From contig NC_089435.1 in the NCBI RefSeq assembly GCF_026210795.1, forward strand, positions 3,162,001-3,226,000: a stretch of DNA of 64,000 nt, written 5' to 3'. Source of the DNA: Rhizophagus irregularis (Eukaryota). A program made the position numbers and the translations under genes. The notes under the pieces were generated by a model. That model saw only the letters and a program-made list of their open reading frames with translations, had not been told where the DNA came from and did no database searches. Below, piece by piece: positions 63,808 to 64,000 of this stretch (position 1 is its first letter; every line of letters starts with the position of its first letter).

Positions 63808-63990
63808 CAAATACCTTTTTTCACACGCAAATAAATACCTTTTTTTTTCACGCGTAAGTAAATATCTTTTTTTCACGCGCAAGTGAATACCTTTTTTTCA
63901 CGCGTAAGTAAATATCTTTTTTTTCACGCGCAAGAGAAATACCTTTTTTTCACGCGCAAGTAATTTTTTTTCACGCGCAAGTAAATACTA
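63808..63990. repeat. Tandem minisatellite, ~25-29-bp unit AAATAYCTTTTTTTCACGCGYAAGT, about 7 copies
   Basis: TTTTTTCAC(A/G)CG(C/T)AA is repeated head to tail up to the window end. Confidence 0.9.
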
Positions 63991-64000
63991 AGACGGAAAA

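Noticed and set aside
63808..63990. CRISPR-like appearance of the short repeats
   Set aside because: Units are head to tail with no unique spacers, there are no cas genes, and the context is eukaryotic.

Overview
AT-rich eukaryotic nuclear DNA with short GT-AG introns. Gene families and composition point to an arbuscular mycorrhizal fungus (Glomeromycota, Rhizophagus-like); this is an inference. A gene-dense core (~11.8-52.3 kb) holds 11 apparently intact genes, whose exons I rebuilt by hand from splice sites and reading frame. They encode: an N-domain/RING/TPR protein, a small orphan, RPAP1/Rba50, a division-1 chitin synthase, a small secreted Cys-rich CBM19-like protein, a TKL-type kinase, a repeat protein with a RanBP2 zinc finger, a FYVE protein with a large acidic insertion, a basic protein with an RVxF motif, a stand-alone CNH protein and a 12-exon ~2,900-aa sacsin-like protein ending in BTB/POZ. 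Both flanks (1-11 kb, 52.6-64 kb) are dominated by decayed sequence: LINE remnants (one with a perfect 15-bp TSD), several MITEs/non-autonomous DNA transposons with TIRs and TSDs, satellites, two kinase pseudogenes and a Crinkler-like pseudogene split by a Mutator-like element. No rRNA, tRNA or CRISPR array was seen. Best candidates for uncharacterised biology: the sacsin-BTB and N-domain/RING/TPR ubiquitin-ligase-linked proteins, the split FYVE finger, and the divergent chitin synthase/secreted CBM19-like pair with a triplicated E-box module between them.
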